64,000 nt of DNA from Candidatus Ornithoclostridium excrementipullorum (GTDB taxonomy: Bacteria > Bacillota > Clostridia > Christensenellales > UBA3700). The notes below the pieces were generated by a model. The model did no database searches and was not told the DNA's origin. It was given only the letters and a program-made list of their open reading frames with translations. Both the position numbers and the translations under genes were made by a program. Each line of letters opens with the position of its first letter. Within the stretch, counting starts at the first letter, position 1. The stretch spans positions 908-64,907 of the forward strand of contig DVKK01000047.1 in NCBI GenBank assembly GCA_018716085.1, in the 5' to 3' direction. Of this stretch, positions 9,656 to 18,895 are shown in pieces.

Positions 9656-10945
9656 TCAACGTTCGGTTACCGTTATTTTTTCTTTGCCTCCCATGTACAT
9701 TCTCAGAGGCTGAGGTATGTTCACGCTGCCGTCGGCATTGAGATTGTTTTCGAGGAAAGCGATAAGCATACGGGGCGGCGCAACGACGGTGTTGTTGAGC
9801 GTGTGCGCGAGATAAGACCCGTTTTCCCCCTTGATCTTGATGTTCAGGCGTCTTGCCTGCGCGTCGCCGAGATTGGAGCAGCTGCCCACTTCGAAATACT
9901 TCTTTTGGCGCGGAGACCATGCCTCGACGTCGAGAGATTTGACTTTAAGATCCGCAAGGTCGCCCGAGCAGCATTCGAGGGTGCGTACGGGTATGTCGAG
10001 CGAACGGAAGAAGTCCACGGTGTTCATATACAGTTTGACGAACCATTGCGGGCTGTCCTCGGGCTTGCATATGACGATCATTTCCTGCTTTTCGAACTGG
10101 TGTATGCGGTATACGCCGCGTTCTTCTATGCCGTGCGCGCCGACTTCTTTGCGGAAGCAGGGAGAGTAGCTGGTCAGAGTGAGGGGCATCTTGCTCTCCG
10201 GCGTTGCGGTGTCCATGAACCTTCCGATCATCGAGTGTTCGGACGTGCCGATGAGATAGAGATCCTCGCCCTCGATCTTGTACATCATGTTTTCCATTTC
10301 GGCAAAGCTCATGACTCCGGTAACCACTCCTCCGCGGATCATGAACGGGGGCACCACATAGGTGAATCCGCGGTCTATCATGAAGTCGCGTGCGTAGGAG
10401 AGTATGGCGGAGTGCAGTCTTGCGATGTCGCCGGTCAGGTAATAGAATCCGTTGCCGCTCGTGCGGCGCGCGCTGTCGAGGTCTATGCCTTGAAGCTTTT
10501 CCATGATGTCTACGTGGTAGGGTATCTCGAAATCGGGGACTTTCGGTTCTCCGAATCTCTCTACCTCCACGTTTTCCGAGTCGTCTTTTCCTATCGGGAC
10601 GGACGGGTCGATGATGTTCGGGATCACGAGCATACGCTTGCGGATCTCCGCCGCGAGTTCGTCCTCCCTGACTTCGAGGTCGGCAAGTTCCTGCGCCATG
10701 GACGCGACTTGTTTTTTCGCTTCTTCGGCGCCTGCCTTATCGCCCTTGGCGAGCATCCCGCCTATCTGCTTGCTTATCACGTTGCGCTGATTGCGCAGAT
10801 AATCGCCGCGGGTCTTGCTTTCGCGGAAACGTCTGTCCAGATCGATCACTTCGTCCACCAGGACTAGCTTTTCGTCCTGGAACTTCTTTCTGATGTTCTC
10901 TTTGACTGCGTCGGGATTGTTCCTGACGAATTTGATATCCAGCAT
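9656..10945 (-). CDS. serS: seryl-tRNA synthetase
   Basis: Starts MLDIKFVRNNPDAV, has an N-terminal coiled coil and class II motif 2 FRKEVGAHG...RIHQFEKQE. SD AGGAG is upstream. Confidence 0.95.
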   Translation of the reverse strand: MLDIKFVRNNPDAVKENIRKKFQDEKLVLVDEVIDLDRRFRESKTRGDYLRNQRNVISKQIGGMLAKGDKAGAEEAKKQVASMAQELADLEVREDELAAEIRKRMLVIPNIIDPSVPIGKDDSENVEVERFGEPKVPDFEIPYHVDIMEKLQGIDLDSARRTSGNGFYYLTGDIARLHSAILSYARDFMIDRGFTYVVPPFMIRGGVVTGVMSFAEMENMMYKIEGEDLYLIGTSEHSMIGRFMDTATPESKMPLTLTSYSPCFRKEVGAHGIEERGVYRIHQFEKQEMIVICKPEDSPQWFVKLYMNTVDFFRSLDIPVRTLECCSGDLADLKVKSLDVEAWSPRQKKYFEVGSCSNLGDAQARRLNIKIKGENGSYLAHTLNNTVVAPPRMLIAFLENNLNADGSVNIPQPLRMYMGGKEKITVTER

Positions 10946-10973
10946 AAAAACTCCTGTCCGTGTATGTTATCGC

Positions 10974-13400
10974 TTATTTCGCTACTATGTTTACGATGCG
11001 CTTCGGGATCACTATCACCTTGACGGGCGTAAGCCCCGCAAGCGCGGCTTTGACGTTGGCGTCCGCAAGCGCAGCCGCTTCGACGGCGGCGTTGTCGGCG
11101 TCGGCGGGTACGGTTATCTTCGCCTTTACGCGGCTGTTGATCTGTACCGCCATTTCGTATTCGTCGCGGACGAGCGCCTTTTCGTTGCAGACGGGATAAG
11201 CGCATTTGAATACGCTTTCTTTATGTCCCAGCATTTCGTGAAGTTCTTCCGCAAAATGAGGAGCGAACGGCGCGAGCAGCAGTACGAGGTCCTCGACGTT
11301 TTCGCGCAGGAAAGACGCATTCACGGCTCCGTCCGTATATTTGTAAGCGGCGTTCACGAATTCCATGATACGCGCGATGGCGGTGTTGAAAGAGAAGACT
11401 TTAAGGTCTTCGGTCGCGCGCTTTATCGTATTGTTGCGCACGAAGTCGAGTTCTTTCTCCGCTTTGCCGTATTCTCCCTTTGCGCTGCCAAGCGCGATGC
11501 TCTTGTTCACCAGTCTTTCCACCCTGTCCATGAATCTGACGATGGATTCGAGTCCGCTCGTATTCCACGGACCGCCTTCGACGTAGGAGAAGCCGAACAT
11601 CAGATACAGTCTGAATGCGTCCGAGCCGTATTTGCCGACGTATTCGTCGGGCGAAATGACGTTGCCTTTGGACTTGCTCATGCGGTTGCCGTCCGGACCG
11701 AGGATAACGCCCTGGTGCACGAGCGAAGAGAACGGTTCGTCGAAGTTCAGATAGCCCATATCCCGCAGAGCTTTGGTAAAGAAGCGGGCGTAGAGCAAAT
11801 GCATACAGGCGTGTTCCGCGCCGCCGATATATTTGTCGACGGGAAGCATTTTGTTGATTATTTTGGGGTCGAAAGCCTGTTTGTCGTTATGCGCGTCGGG
11901 GTAGCGCAGGAAATACCAGCTGCTGCACACGAACGTGTCCAGAGTGTCGGGGTCGCGTTTTGCCTTTGCTCCGCATATCGGACAGGTCGTGTTCATGAAT
12001 TCGTCGCATTTGAGAAGCGGCGACTTGCCGTCGGGAGTGAAGTCCACGTTGTAGGGCAGTTCCACCGGAAGCTTGTCATCGGGGACGGGAACTTCGCCGC
12101 AGTGCGGGCAGTGTATGATCGGTATCGGGCAGCCCCAATAGCGCTGGCGGGAGATCAGCCAGTCGCGCAGACGGTAATTGGTCTTGAGCGCGCCCATGCC
12201 GACCTTTTCCAGATCTTTGACTATCGCCACCTTGGCTTCGTCGGTGGTCATGCCGTCGTATTTGCCGCTGTTGACGAGCACTCCGTGTTCGCAGTAGGGC
12301 AGTTCGTCGCCTTTTCCGTCGGCGCTCTTTATGACGCGTACTATGTCGAGCCCGAATTTTTTTGCGAAGTCGTAGTCGCGTTCGTCATGCGCGGCAACGC
12401 CCATGACCGCGCCCGTGCCGTAAGAGTACAGCACGTAGTCGCCTATCCATATTGGCACGCGTTTTCCGTTGACGGGATTGATGCAGTAAGCGCCGGTGAA
12501 AGCGCCGGTCTTTTCGCGCGAAGTGGAGAGGCGTTCTATCTCGGTCGCCTTGGAGCAGGCGAGTTTGTAGGCTTCGATCTCGGCTTTATGCTCGGGCGTG
12601 GTCAGCTTGTCCACCAGCGGGTGTTCGGGGGCAAGTATCACGTATGAAACTCCGAAGACCGTGTCCGCGCGCGTGGTGAATACGCTGAATTTATCTCCGC
12701 TCTCGCAGGTGAATACGATCTCGCCGCCTGTGGATTTGCCTATCCAGTTGCGCTGCATCGCTTTGGTCTTTTCGGGCCAGTCGATCTTGTCGAGTCCCGA
12801 GAGAAGCTCTTCCGCGTATGCGGTTATCTTGAAAAACCACTGCGTGAGATTTTTGCGTACGACGGTGGTGCCGCAGCGTTCGCAGCAGCCTTCGACGACC
12901 TGTTCGTTGGCAAGCACCGTGTTGCAGGAAGGGCACCAGTTGACGGGCGCTTCCTTGCGGTAGGCGAGGCCGTGCTTGTAAAATTGCAGGAACAGCCACT
13001 GCGTCCATTTGTAATAGTCCGGCATACAGGTCTTGATCTCGTAGTCCCAGTCGAACGACGCGCCCATGGCTTTGAGCTGTTGTTCCATCGTGGCTATGTT
13101 TTTAAGCGTGCTGTCCTTGGGATGTATGCCCGTTTTTATCGCATAGTTTTCCGCCGGAAGACCGAACGCGTCAAACCCCATCGGCTGGAAAACTTCCTTG
13201 CCGCTCATGCGCATGAAACGCGCGAAAGTATCGGACGGTCCGTAATTGTACCAATGTCCGACGTGCAACTTCGCGCCCGAAGGATAGGAGAACATTTCGA
13301 GCACGTAATACTTGTTGTCGCGTTTGGAGGTATCGAAGCTGTACAGCTTTTCCTCTTCCCAGCGCTTTTGCCATTTCTTTTCGATTGCGGTAAGATCCAT
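10974..13400 (-). CDS. leuS: leucyl-tRNA synthetase
   Basis: HIGH-type motif LHVGHWYNY and KMSKS-type motif RMSKSKGN. I prefer ATG 13400 (GGAG 5 nt upstream) over the GTG at 13406. Confidence 0.95.
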   Translation of the reverse strand: MDLTAIEKKWQKRWEEEKLYSFDTSKRDNKYYVLEMFSYPSGAKLHVGHWYNYGPSDTFARFMRMSGKEVFQPMGFDAFGLPAENYAIKTGIHPKDSTLKNIATMEQQLKAMGASFDWDYEIKTCMPDYYKWTQWLFLQFYKHGLAYRKEAPVNWCPSCNTVLANEQVVEGCCERCGTTVVRKNLTQWFFKITAYAEELLSGLDKIDWPEKTKAMQRNWIGKSTGGEIVFTCESGDKFSVFTTRADTVFGVSYVILAPEHPLVDKLTTPEHKAEIEAYKLACSKATEIERLSTSREKTGAFTGAYCINPVNGKRVPIWIGDYVLYSYGTGAVMGVAAHDERDYDFAKKFGLDIVRVIKSADGKGDELPYCEHGVLVNSGKYDGMTTDEAKVAIVKDLEKVGMGALKTNYRLRDWLISRQRYWGCPIPIIHCPHCGEVPVPDDKLPVELPYNVDFTPDGKSPLLKCDEFMNTTCPICGAKAKRDPDTLDTFVCSSWYFLRYPDAHNDKQAFDPKIINKMLPVDKYIGGAEHACMHLLYARFFTKALRDMGYLNFDEPFSSLVHQGVILGPDGNRMSKSKGNVISPDEYVGKYGSDAFRLYLMFGFSYVEGGPWNTSGLESIVRFMDRVERLVNKSIALGSAKGEYGKAEKELDFVRNNTIKRATEDLKVFSFNTAIARIMEFVNAAYKYTDGAVNASFLRENVEDLVLLLAPFAPHFAEELHEMLGHKESVFKCAYPVCNEKALVRDEYEMAVQINSRVKAKITVPADADNAAVEAAALADANVKAALAGLTPVKVIVIPKRIVNIVAK

Positions 13401-13676
13401 AGACACTCCGTCAAGTCATGCTTTGTCGCAGATTTTCGTTTGCGACGTTATCAAATCAATATTATATATTAAGCGCGCGGGTTTGTAAAGTTTTTTGCGA
13501 ACGCTCGCGCCGTAAAGCCGTCGGAAAGCGGTCGCAAAATGCCCCGTTACGCGCCGCGGCGACCGCTGCGGACGGAATTTTCGTGCACGCCGACGCGGCG
13601 ATGCGTAGCTTTTTCGAAAGAATTGGTATATTATATATATGCGATATGCGGCTGCGGCCGCGGGAGGTGATCCGAA

Positions 13677-15002
13677 ATGGACAGTATGGATATAAAAAAC
13701 TCTGCCGCCGACGCGGCGTTCGAAGAAGCCGTGAAGTCGGCTCTCGCTCTCATCGGGAAGAACAGCGTGCAGTCCGCTCCGTGTGCCGAAAGTCCGTTCG
13801 GCAGGGGCGTTGCGCAGTGTCTGGCAGCCGTTGCCGAAGACGCAAGGGCGCACGGTTTTACCGTAGGCGAGGGCGACGGATATTACGTCTGGGCAGAGAT
13901 CGGACAGGGAGACCTGTTCGGCATACTCGGACACGTCGATACGGTGCCGATAGGCGAAGGTTGGACGGCGGAACCGTTGGGCGAAATAAAGGACGGCGTT
14001 ATGTACGGCAGAGGCGTGCTTGACGACAAGGGACCCATGATACTTGCGTTGTACGCAGTCTATTCGTTGATCGCCGAAGGCAGAAAGCCCAAACGCAGGA
14101 TACGATTCATATTCGGAGGGAACGAGGAATCGGGCTGGAAGTGTATCGAAAGATATCTGCAAAAGGAAGAGATCCCGCCCGAAGGCATATCTCCCGACGC
14201 GGATTTTCCCGTCATAAACTGCGAAAAGGGCGTGGCGCATATAGAGCTGAAACTGAAAAAGCCCGCAGACCTTTTGTCCATGCGCGGAGGCGACAGAGCG
14301 AACGTAGTCATGCCGCTGTGCAAAGCGAGCATAGACGGTTCGTATCCCGACGCGGCTCAGGTGTGCGGAGTGACCGCCGAGGAGAAAAACGGCGTCACCG
14401 AGCTTACGGCGATCGGAAAGGCTGCCCACGGTTCTACACCGCGCGAAGGCGACAATGCGGCATGGAAAATATTGCAGTGGCTCGCGTTGAACGTCGGCGG
14501 AGAATACGTCGGACTGCGCGATATGCTGTGCGACGACAACGGGAAAGGATTGGGGATAGACTGTCGCGACGAAAAGAGCGGCGCGTTGACCTGTAATATC
14601 GGTATAATAGACACGGACAGCGAAAAAATCACGCTTACTCTCGACATAAGACATCCCGTGTCCGTTCCTCGGTCGAATATAGAGGCAAAGCTGAAAACGG
14701 CGTGCGGCGCGGTCGGCGCCGAAACGGTCGCGTTCCACGATCCGCTCTATGTGCCGCAGGACGACGAACTGGTACGTGGACTGCTCTCGGCATACAACGA
14801 GTGTACGGGGGAGCATGCGTCCCCGATATCCGTCGGAGGCGCGACTTACGCGAGGGCGCTGCCGAAGGCGGTCGCATTCGGTCCGATATTTCCGCGGCAG
14901 GCCAATACCATCCACATGCCCGACGAGAGAGCTTCGCTGACCGATCTGCGCAGGACTTTCGATATCTACCGAGCTGCGTTTGCGGCGCTGTTGTTCGAAT
15001 AG
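13677..15002 (+). CDS. M20-family dipeptidase (PepV/Sapep-like)
   Basis: Motifs GHVDTVP, GRGVLDDKGP and GGNEESG. GGAGG SD is upstream. Confidence 0.85.
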   Translation: MDSMDIKNSAADAAFEEAVKSALALIGKNSVQSAPCAESPFGRGVAQCLAAVAEDARAHGFTVGEGDGYYVWAEIGQGDLFGILGHVDTVPIGEGWTAEPLGEIKDGVMYGRGVLDDKGPMILALYAVYSLIAEGRKPKRRIRFIFGGNEESGWKCIERYLQKEEIPPEGISPDADFPVINCEKGVAHIELKLKKPADLLSMRGGDRANVVMPLCKASIDGSYPDAAQVCGVTAEEKNGVTELTAIGKAAHGSTPREGDNAAWKILQWLALNVGGEYVGLRDMLCDDNGKGLGIDCRDEKSGALTCNIGIIDTDSEKITLTLDIRHPVSVPRSNIEAKLKTACGAVGAETVAFHDPLYVPQDDELVRGLLSAYNECTGEHASPISVGGATYARALPKAVAFGPIFPRQANTIHMPDERASLTDLRRTFDIYRAAFAALLFE

Positions 15003-15012
15003 AGGAGGGACT

Positions 15013-15474
15013 ATGCAAAAGAAGAGAGTCCTTTTCGTATGTCTGGGCAATATATGCCGCTCGCCCATGGCGGAATTTATATTCCGGAAAGCGGCGGAAA
15101 GGGAAGGCCTTGCCGATATGTTCGAAACGGCTTCCGCGGGTACGAGCGCGGAGGAGGAGGGCAATCCCGTCTATCCTCCCGCAAAAGCGGAACTTGCCCG
15201 TCACGGTATCTCATGCGAGGGCAAGCGCGCCCGAAAGATAAAGAGAGAGGATTACGGCGCCTTCGACGCGATCGTGACGATGGAAGAGCGCAATTCCGCC
15301 GCGGCAAAGCGCTTTTTCGGCGGGGATCCCGACGGTAAGATACGCAGACTGCTCGATTATACCGACCGACCGCGCGATATAGCCGATCCTTGGTGGACGG
15401 GCGATTTTGCCCGAACGTATTCGGACATCGAAGAAGGCACGGAAGCGTTGCTGAAACTGCTCCGCGATCGGTAA
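15013..15474 (+). CDS. low-molecular-weight protein-tyrosine phosphatase
   Basis: P-loop VCLGNICRSP (CX5R) and DP motif DIADPW. Start reassigned to ATG 15013 after AGGAGGG. Confidence 0.85.
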   Translation: MQKKRVLFVCLGNICRSPMAEFIFRKAAEREGLADMFETASAGTSAEEEGNPVYPPAKAELARHGISCEGKRARKIKREDYGAFDAIVTMEERNSAAAKRFFGGDPDGKIRRLLDYTDRPRDIADPWWTGDFARTYSDIEEGTEALLKLLRDR

Positions 15475-15561
15475 AATGCGGATACCGCGCCCGATAAGAC
15501 GGGCTTGCCGCCGCAAAATCAGATACATACGCATGGAACGCAGGATTTTGCGTTCATATCG

Positions 15562-15590
15562 TTGACACGGGAGAGCTGCGGCGATACAAT
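15562..15590 (+). promoter_or_regulatory. candidate promoter of the AEC transporter gene
   Basis: TTGACA (15562..15567), 17 nt, TACAAT (15585..15590). Confidence 0.5.
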
Positions 15591-15622
15591 ATTGCGCGGG
15601 AAAGTTTGAGAAGGAATCGGAT

Positions 15623-16564
15623 ATGAATTTTCTTTCCACGTTTATCCAGGTGGTGATAGTCGTCGCGCTTGCCGTGCCGGGCTACATATTGCGCAAGACA
15701 AAACTTCTGCCCGAAAATACCGCAGGCATATTCGCGGCTTTGCTGTTGTATGTGGCGCAGCCGTTCCTAATGATGTCGTCGCTGTTCAACAAGACATTCG
15801 AGGCGGATATGCTCGCGAACTTCGCATGGGTGATAGGTTTCGCGATCGTTACCCAGCTTGCGGTATATTTTGCGGCGAAACTCATCTTCGCGAAGAGCAA
15901 AGACCTCGCCGCGAAGCGCGCTTGTACGGCGGCTTCCTATCTCGGCAACGTCGGATTTATGGGTATCCCCGTTATGGAGATGCTGTTTCCGGGTAATTCC
16001 GATCTTATCCTGTATACGGTCGTCTATAATATAGCTTTCAACGCCATGGCATGGACTTTGGGCGTCTACGCCATCACGGGAGAGCGCAAGAGCATACGCC
16101 CCGTCAAGATATTGCTCAATCCGCCTACGATCGCGGTCATAATAGCGCTGCCGTTCTTTTTCTGCAACGTCGCCATACCCGACGAGATCATGACTCCCGT
16201 CAACTATCTGGGGCAGATGACCCTGCCTCTGTCGATGATAATCCTCGGCATAAGGCTTGCGGATATGAGTCCGTTCAGACTGTTCAAGGATCCAAAGGTC
16301 TATCTCGTCGCGTTCGTAAAACTCGTTATATCGCCGTTGCTGTCGCTCGGCATAGTCATGTTGGTATCGCTTGCCGTCGATATCGACCGCTACGTCATTA
16401 TAGCGCTGTTCATAATAGGCGCGATGCCGTCCGCTTCGAGCACCCTTACGTTTGCGGAACTATACGGAGGCGACAAGGAAACCGCCGCGGCGGCAACGCT
16501 CATGAATACCATATTGTGCGTGATAACGGTGCCTGTGCTCATGTTGCTGTGCGATTTTATTTAG
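15623..16564 (+). CDS. AEC (auxin efflux carrier) family permease
   Basis: A roughly 10-TM protein. The N-terminus MNFLSTFIQVVIVVALAVPGYILRK and overall layout are typical of the AEC/malate-permease family. Confidence 0.8.
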   Translation: MNFLSTFIQVVIVVALAVPGYILRKTKLLPENTAGIFAALLLYVAQPFLMMSSLFNKTFEADMLANFAWVIGFAIVTQLAVYFAAKLIFAKSKDLAAKRACTAASYLGNVGFMGIPVMEMLFPGNSDLILYTVVYNIAFNAMAWTLGVYAITGERKSIRPVKILLNPPTIAVIIALPFFFCNVAIPDEIMTPVNYLGQMTLPLSMIILGIRLADMSPFRLFKDPKVYLVAFVKLVISPLLSLGIVMLVSLAVDIDRYVIIALFIIGAMPSASSTLTFAELYGGDKETAAAATLMNTILCVITVPVLMLLCDFI

Positions 16565-16597
16565 CCGCTCGACGCGCTTCGGACGTTAATGAGAAAA

Positions 16598-16632
16598 GGA
16601 AAACGCGGAGAGAGCCCGCGTTTTCCCTTTTT
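16598..16632. terminator. bidirectional intrinsic terminator between convergent genes
   Basis: ggaaaacgcgg / ccgcgttttcc 11-bp stem with flanking A-run and T-run. Confidence 0.7.
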
Positions 16633-16640
16633 CGTATTTT

Positions 16641-17555
16641 TCAGCGCGTGGACAGTCCCAGCAGATTGTTGCGGTAATTGTAGCGCTTCATAACTTTTAT
16701 CTTGCGCGAAGTCGTGACTTCGGTATATCTTTCCGTCACGGAGATGTTCGAATGCCCCAAAAGCTCTTGGACGGAGCGCAGGTCGGAGCCGTTTGCCAAC
16801 AGATTGGTCGCGAACGTGTGCCGCAGATAGTGCGGCGTGGACGAAGACGCTATCTTGGCTCCGTCGCGGTATTTTTTGAAAATATCTTCTATGCCGTGTT
16901 CCGAGAGTTTGCAGAGGTGGCGGTTGACGAACAGATAGTCGTTGTCGGGGCGCAGTTTTTTGCGTACGGACAGCCATTCGCGCAGATTGTCCAGAGTTTC
17001 GGAGCAGGACAGGTACAAAAGCCGTTCCTTGCGGCCTTTGCCGTGTATCAATACTATGCGCGAGCGCATATCGAGATCGTCCAGTCGTATGGCTGCGGCT
17101 TCGCCGATACGTATACCCGTCGACGCGATCAGATCCAGAAGAGCAAGATCGCGGGTTATCTGGAATCTGCCGAATTCGCTAACGGCGCAGGCTTTCAGCC
17201 TGTACAGATAAGAGAAGAGTTTGCGCATATCGTACAGGGGAATGGTCTTGGGCAGGGAGCGCTCGAGTTTGATCTTCATGTCCAGATCGTTCATGGGATT
17301 ATTTTTTCTGTCATGCTTGTAGACGTATGCGAAGTATTGCGACAAAGAAGCTACGTGCCTCTTGATCGTCGCGGATTTGTGCCCCGTCTTGTAGAGCATG
17401 GTCAGGTACTCGCGCAGCCCCAGTCCGGTATCGTTTTCGAATCTCGAGAAATTTCCGAGATCGGAACGGTACGCTTTTACGGTCTTGTCGCTCAGGTTTT
17501 TCGAAACAGCGCAATACAGTATGAATTCCGCTATTTTTTCTTCATTAGTAAACAT
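16641..17555 (-). CDS. tyrosine recombinase, XerC/XerD-like
   Basis: Catalytic signature TGIRIGE (Arg), HGKGRKER (Lys), HYLRHTFAT (HxxR) and LLGHSNISVTERYT (His, Tyr). GGAGG SD is upstream. Confidence 0.85.
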   Translation of the reverse strand: MFTNEEKIAEFILYCAVSKNLSDKTVKAYRSDLGNFSRFENDTGLGLREYLTMLYKTGHKSATIKRHVASLSQYFAYVYKHDRKNNPMNDLDMKIKLERSLPKTIPLYDMRKLFSYLYRLKACAVSEFGRFQITRDLALLDLIASTGIRIGEAAAIRLDDLDMRSRIVLIHGKGRKERLLYLSCSETLDNLREWLSVRKKLRPDNDYLFVNRHLCKLSEHGIEDIFKKYRDGAKIASSSTPHYLRHTFATNLLANGSDLRSVQELLGHSNISVTERYTEVTTSRKIKVMKRYNYRNNLLGLSTR

Positions 17556-17826
17556 TTTTTATCCTCCGTTTCAAGATTTTCTTGATTATAATACGTTGAT
17601 GTGCTATACTCAAAGCGCAATATCCCAAAAAATCACAAAAGATGACATATCCTGCCCGTCCGCGGGCAAGTCTTTGCATACTTCGGATAAAGAAAACGAT
17701 ATTAGCAATTATGAGCAGACGCGCGGGTCGGCAGTGCAAAAGGAAAGAGCGAACTTTAAGTGATTTTTTGACGCAAGACAGTTGTCAATTCCGGAAAAAT
17801 ATACTATACTATTTGAGCAAAGGTAT

Positions 17827-17917
17827 GCAGAGTTGTCCGAGAGGTCGATGGTGCAGCACTCGAAATGCTGTGTTGCCTAATAGGTAACCCAGGGTTCGAA
17901 TCCCTGACTCTGCGCCA
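17827..17917 (+). tRNA. tRNA-Ser (anticodon CGA), CCA encoded
   Basis: Acceptor GCAGAGT/ACTCTGC, anticodon stem CAGCA/TGCTG with loop CTCGAAA, long variable arm GTTGCC-TAAT-AGGTAAC, T-arm CAGGG-TTCGAAT-CCCTG. Confidence 0.9.
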
Positions 17918-17949
17918 TTGCTTCGAGCATCGGCTTGAAGCATGCCGCA

Positions 17950-17988
17950 AAGCGGTGGGACAGGAACAAGTTTCCTCCCGCCGCTTTT
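17950..17988 (+). terminator. intrinsic terminator after tRNA-Ser
   Basis: aagcggtggga / tcccgccgctt stem followed by TTTT. Confidence 0.6.
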
Positions 17989-18283
17989 GCGTCAAGCCTT
18001 TTCCTTGCTCTTCGCTTCGCTAAGTAGTAACGGGCGGCGAAATCGTGACGCTACGCTATTCCGTCCTCGCGTGCTCGTCCTTACGAATCTTCGACTCTTG
18101 TGTGGAAAGTATTAATTTTTATAAAAATAATCGGAGTTGATAATTGAAGTATTAAAAAGCTCGTGAGATGTTTGATGTGTGCGTGCAAGATAAAATATCG
18201 GAGATATATCATTGAAACAGGATATATGTTCAGGGGCTGCAAATTCCGACAAATAACTTGAGTTTTATGCCGGGAAAAGGATT

Positions 18284-18306
18284 CCCCGTCAGAGGACGGG
18301 GCTTTT
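18284..18306. terminator. orphan terminator-like hairpin in AT-rich non-coding DNA
   Basis: CCCCGTC-AGAG-GACGGGG followed by CTTTT. There is no convincing ORF upstream on either strand. Confidence 0.4.
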
Positions 18307-18704
18307 ACAAGCTGCTTTGGTAATAGTCCGAATGTACTTTTATTTACAGGCAGTATATTAGGAGTTTTGATACACGTAAATTGATAAGAACTTACATTCA
18401 ATTAATCATATTATTAATTATTTACAATTATTTTTTACAATATTTCATTAATAATTTGCAAATGGGGCGGTTAACTACAAGAATTGCGATCAGATCATAA
18501 GCATATAAGGGGGCTCTTAGTCGGATCGCCGAAGATTGTTTGAAAGATGGTAGATTTAAGCGCGGGTATCGTAGTATAGATACGACGTAAAAGGCAATAT
18601 ATTGCGGTGAAAGGCCGCGGCGCTTGCGTATAAATCGTCAGATGCGGATTATCGTACAAAACGGACGGCGAACATAGCGTTTGCGAAAAATTTGCGAAAA
18701 ACCG

Positions 18705-18734
18705 TTGCGTATCGGTATCCGTATGGCATATAAT
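18705..18734 (+). promoter_or_regulatory. candidate promoter of the acyltransferase gene
   Basis: TTGCGT (18705..18710), 18 nt, TATAAT (18729..18734). It is preceded by a perfect tandem 11-bp repeat TTTGCGAAAAA x2 (18680..18701). Confidence 0.5.
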
Positions 18735-18895
18735 GATTTTGCAAAAGGGGCTCGTGCCAAAGGCGGCGCGCGGGCTCCTTTTGCTTTGCAAAAATCCCGC
18801 AGATACGGCAACGGGCGTTTGCGGGCGCCTTGCTGCCGCGATACGAACGCCCGAAACGGAGCGGCTTTCCCCGTCAGGGGAAAATCGAGGTGAAT

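Noticed and set aside
13401-13676. T-box leader upstream of leuS (and likewise 43149..43433 upstream of proS)
   Set aside because: I could not find the conserved T-box core or a specifier-loop/antiterminator arrangement by eye. It is reported only as an absence that a covariance-model scan should confirm.
16641-17555. Xer-like tyrosine recombinase as the integrase of the tRNA-Ser islet
   Set aside because: It lies on the 5' side of the tRNA, outside the putative islet (which is 3' of the tRNA). It has the size and N-terminal pattern of housekeeping XerC/XerD-type proteins. A link to the islet cannot be supported from sequence alone.
18081-18401. 106-aa minus-strand ORF in the AT-rich region
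   Set aside because: It has no SD and an implausible composition (Ile/Leu/Phe/Lys/Asn-rich, as expected from AT-rich DNA). It spans the orphan terminator hairpin.
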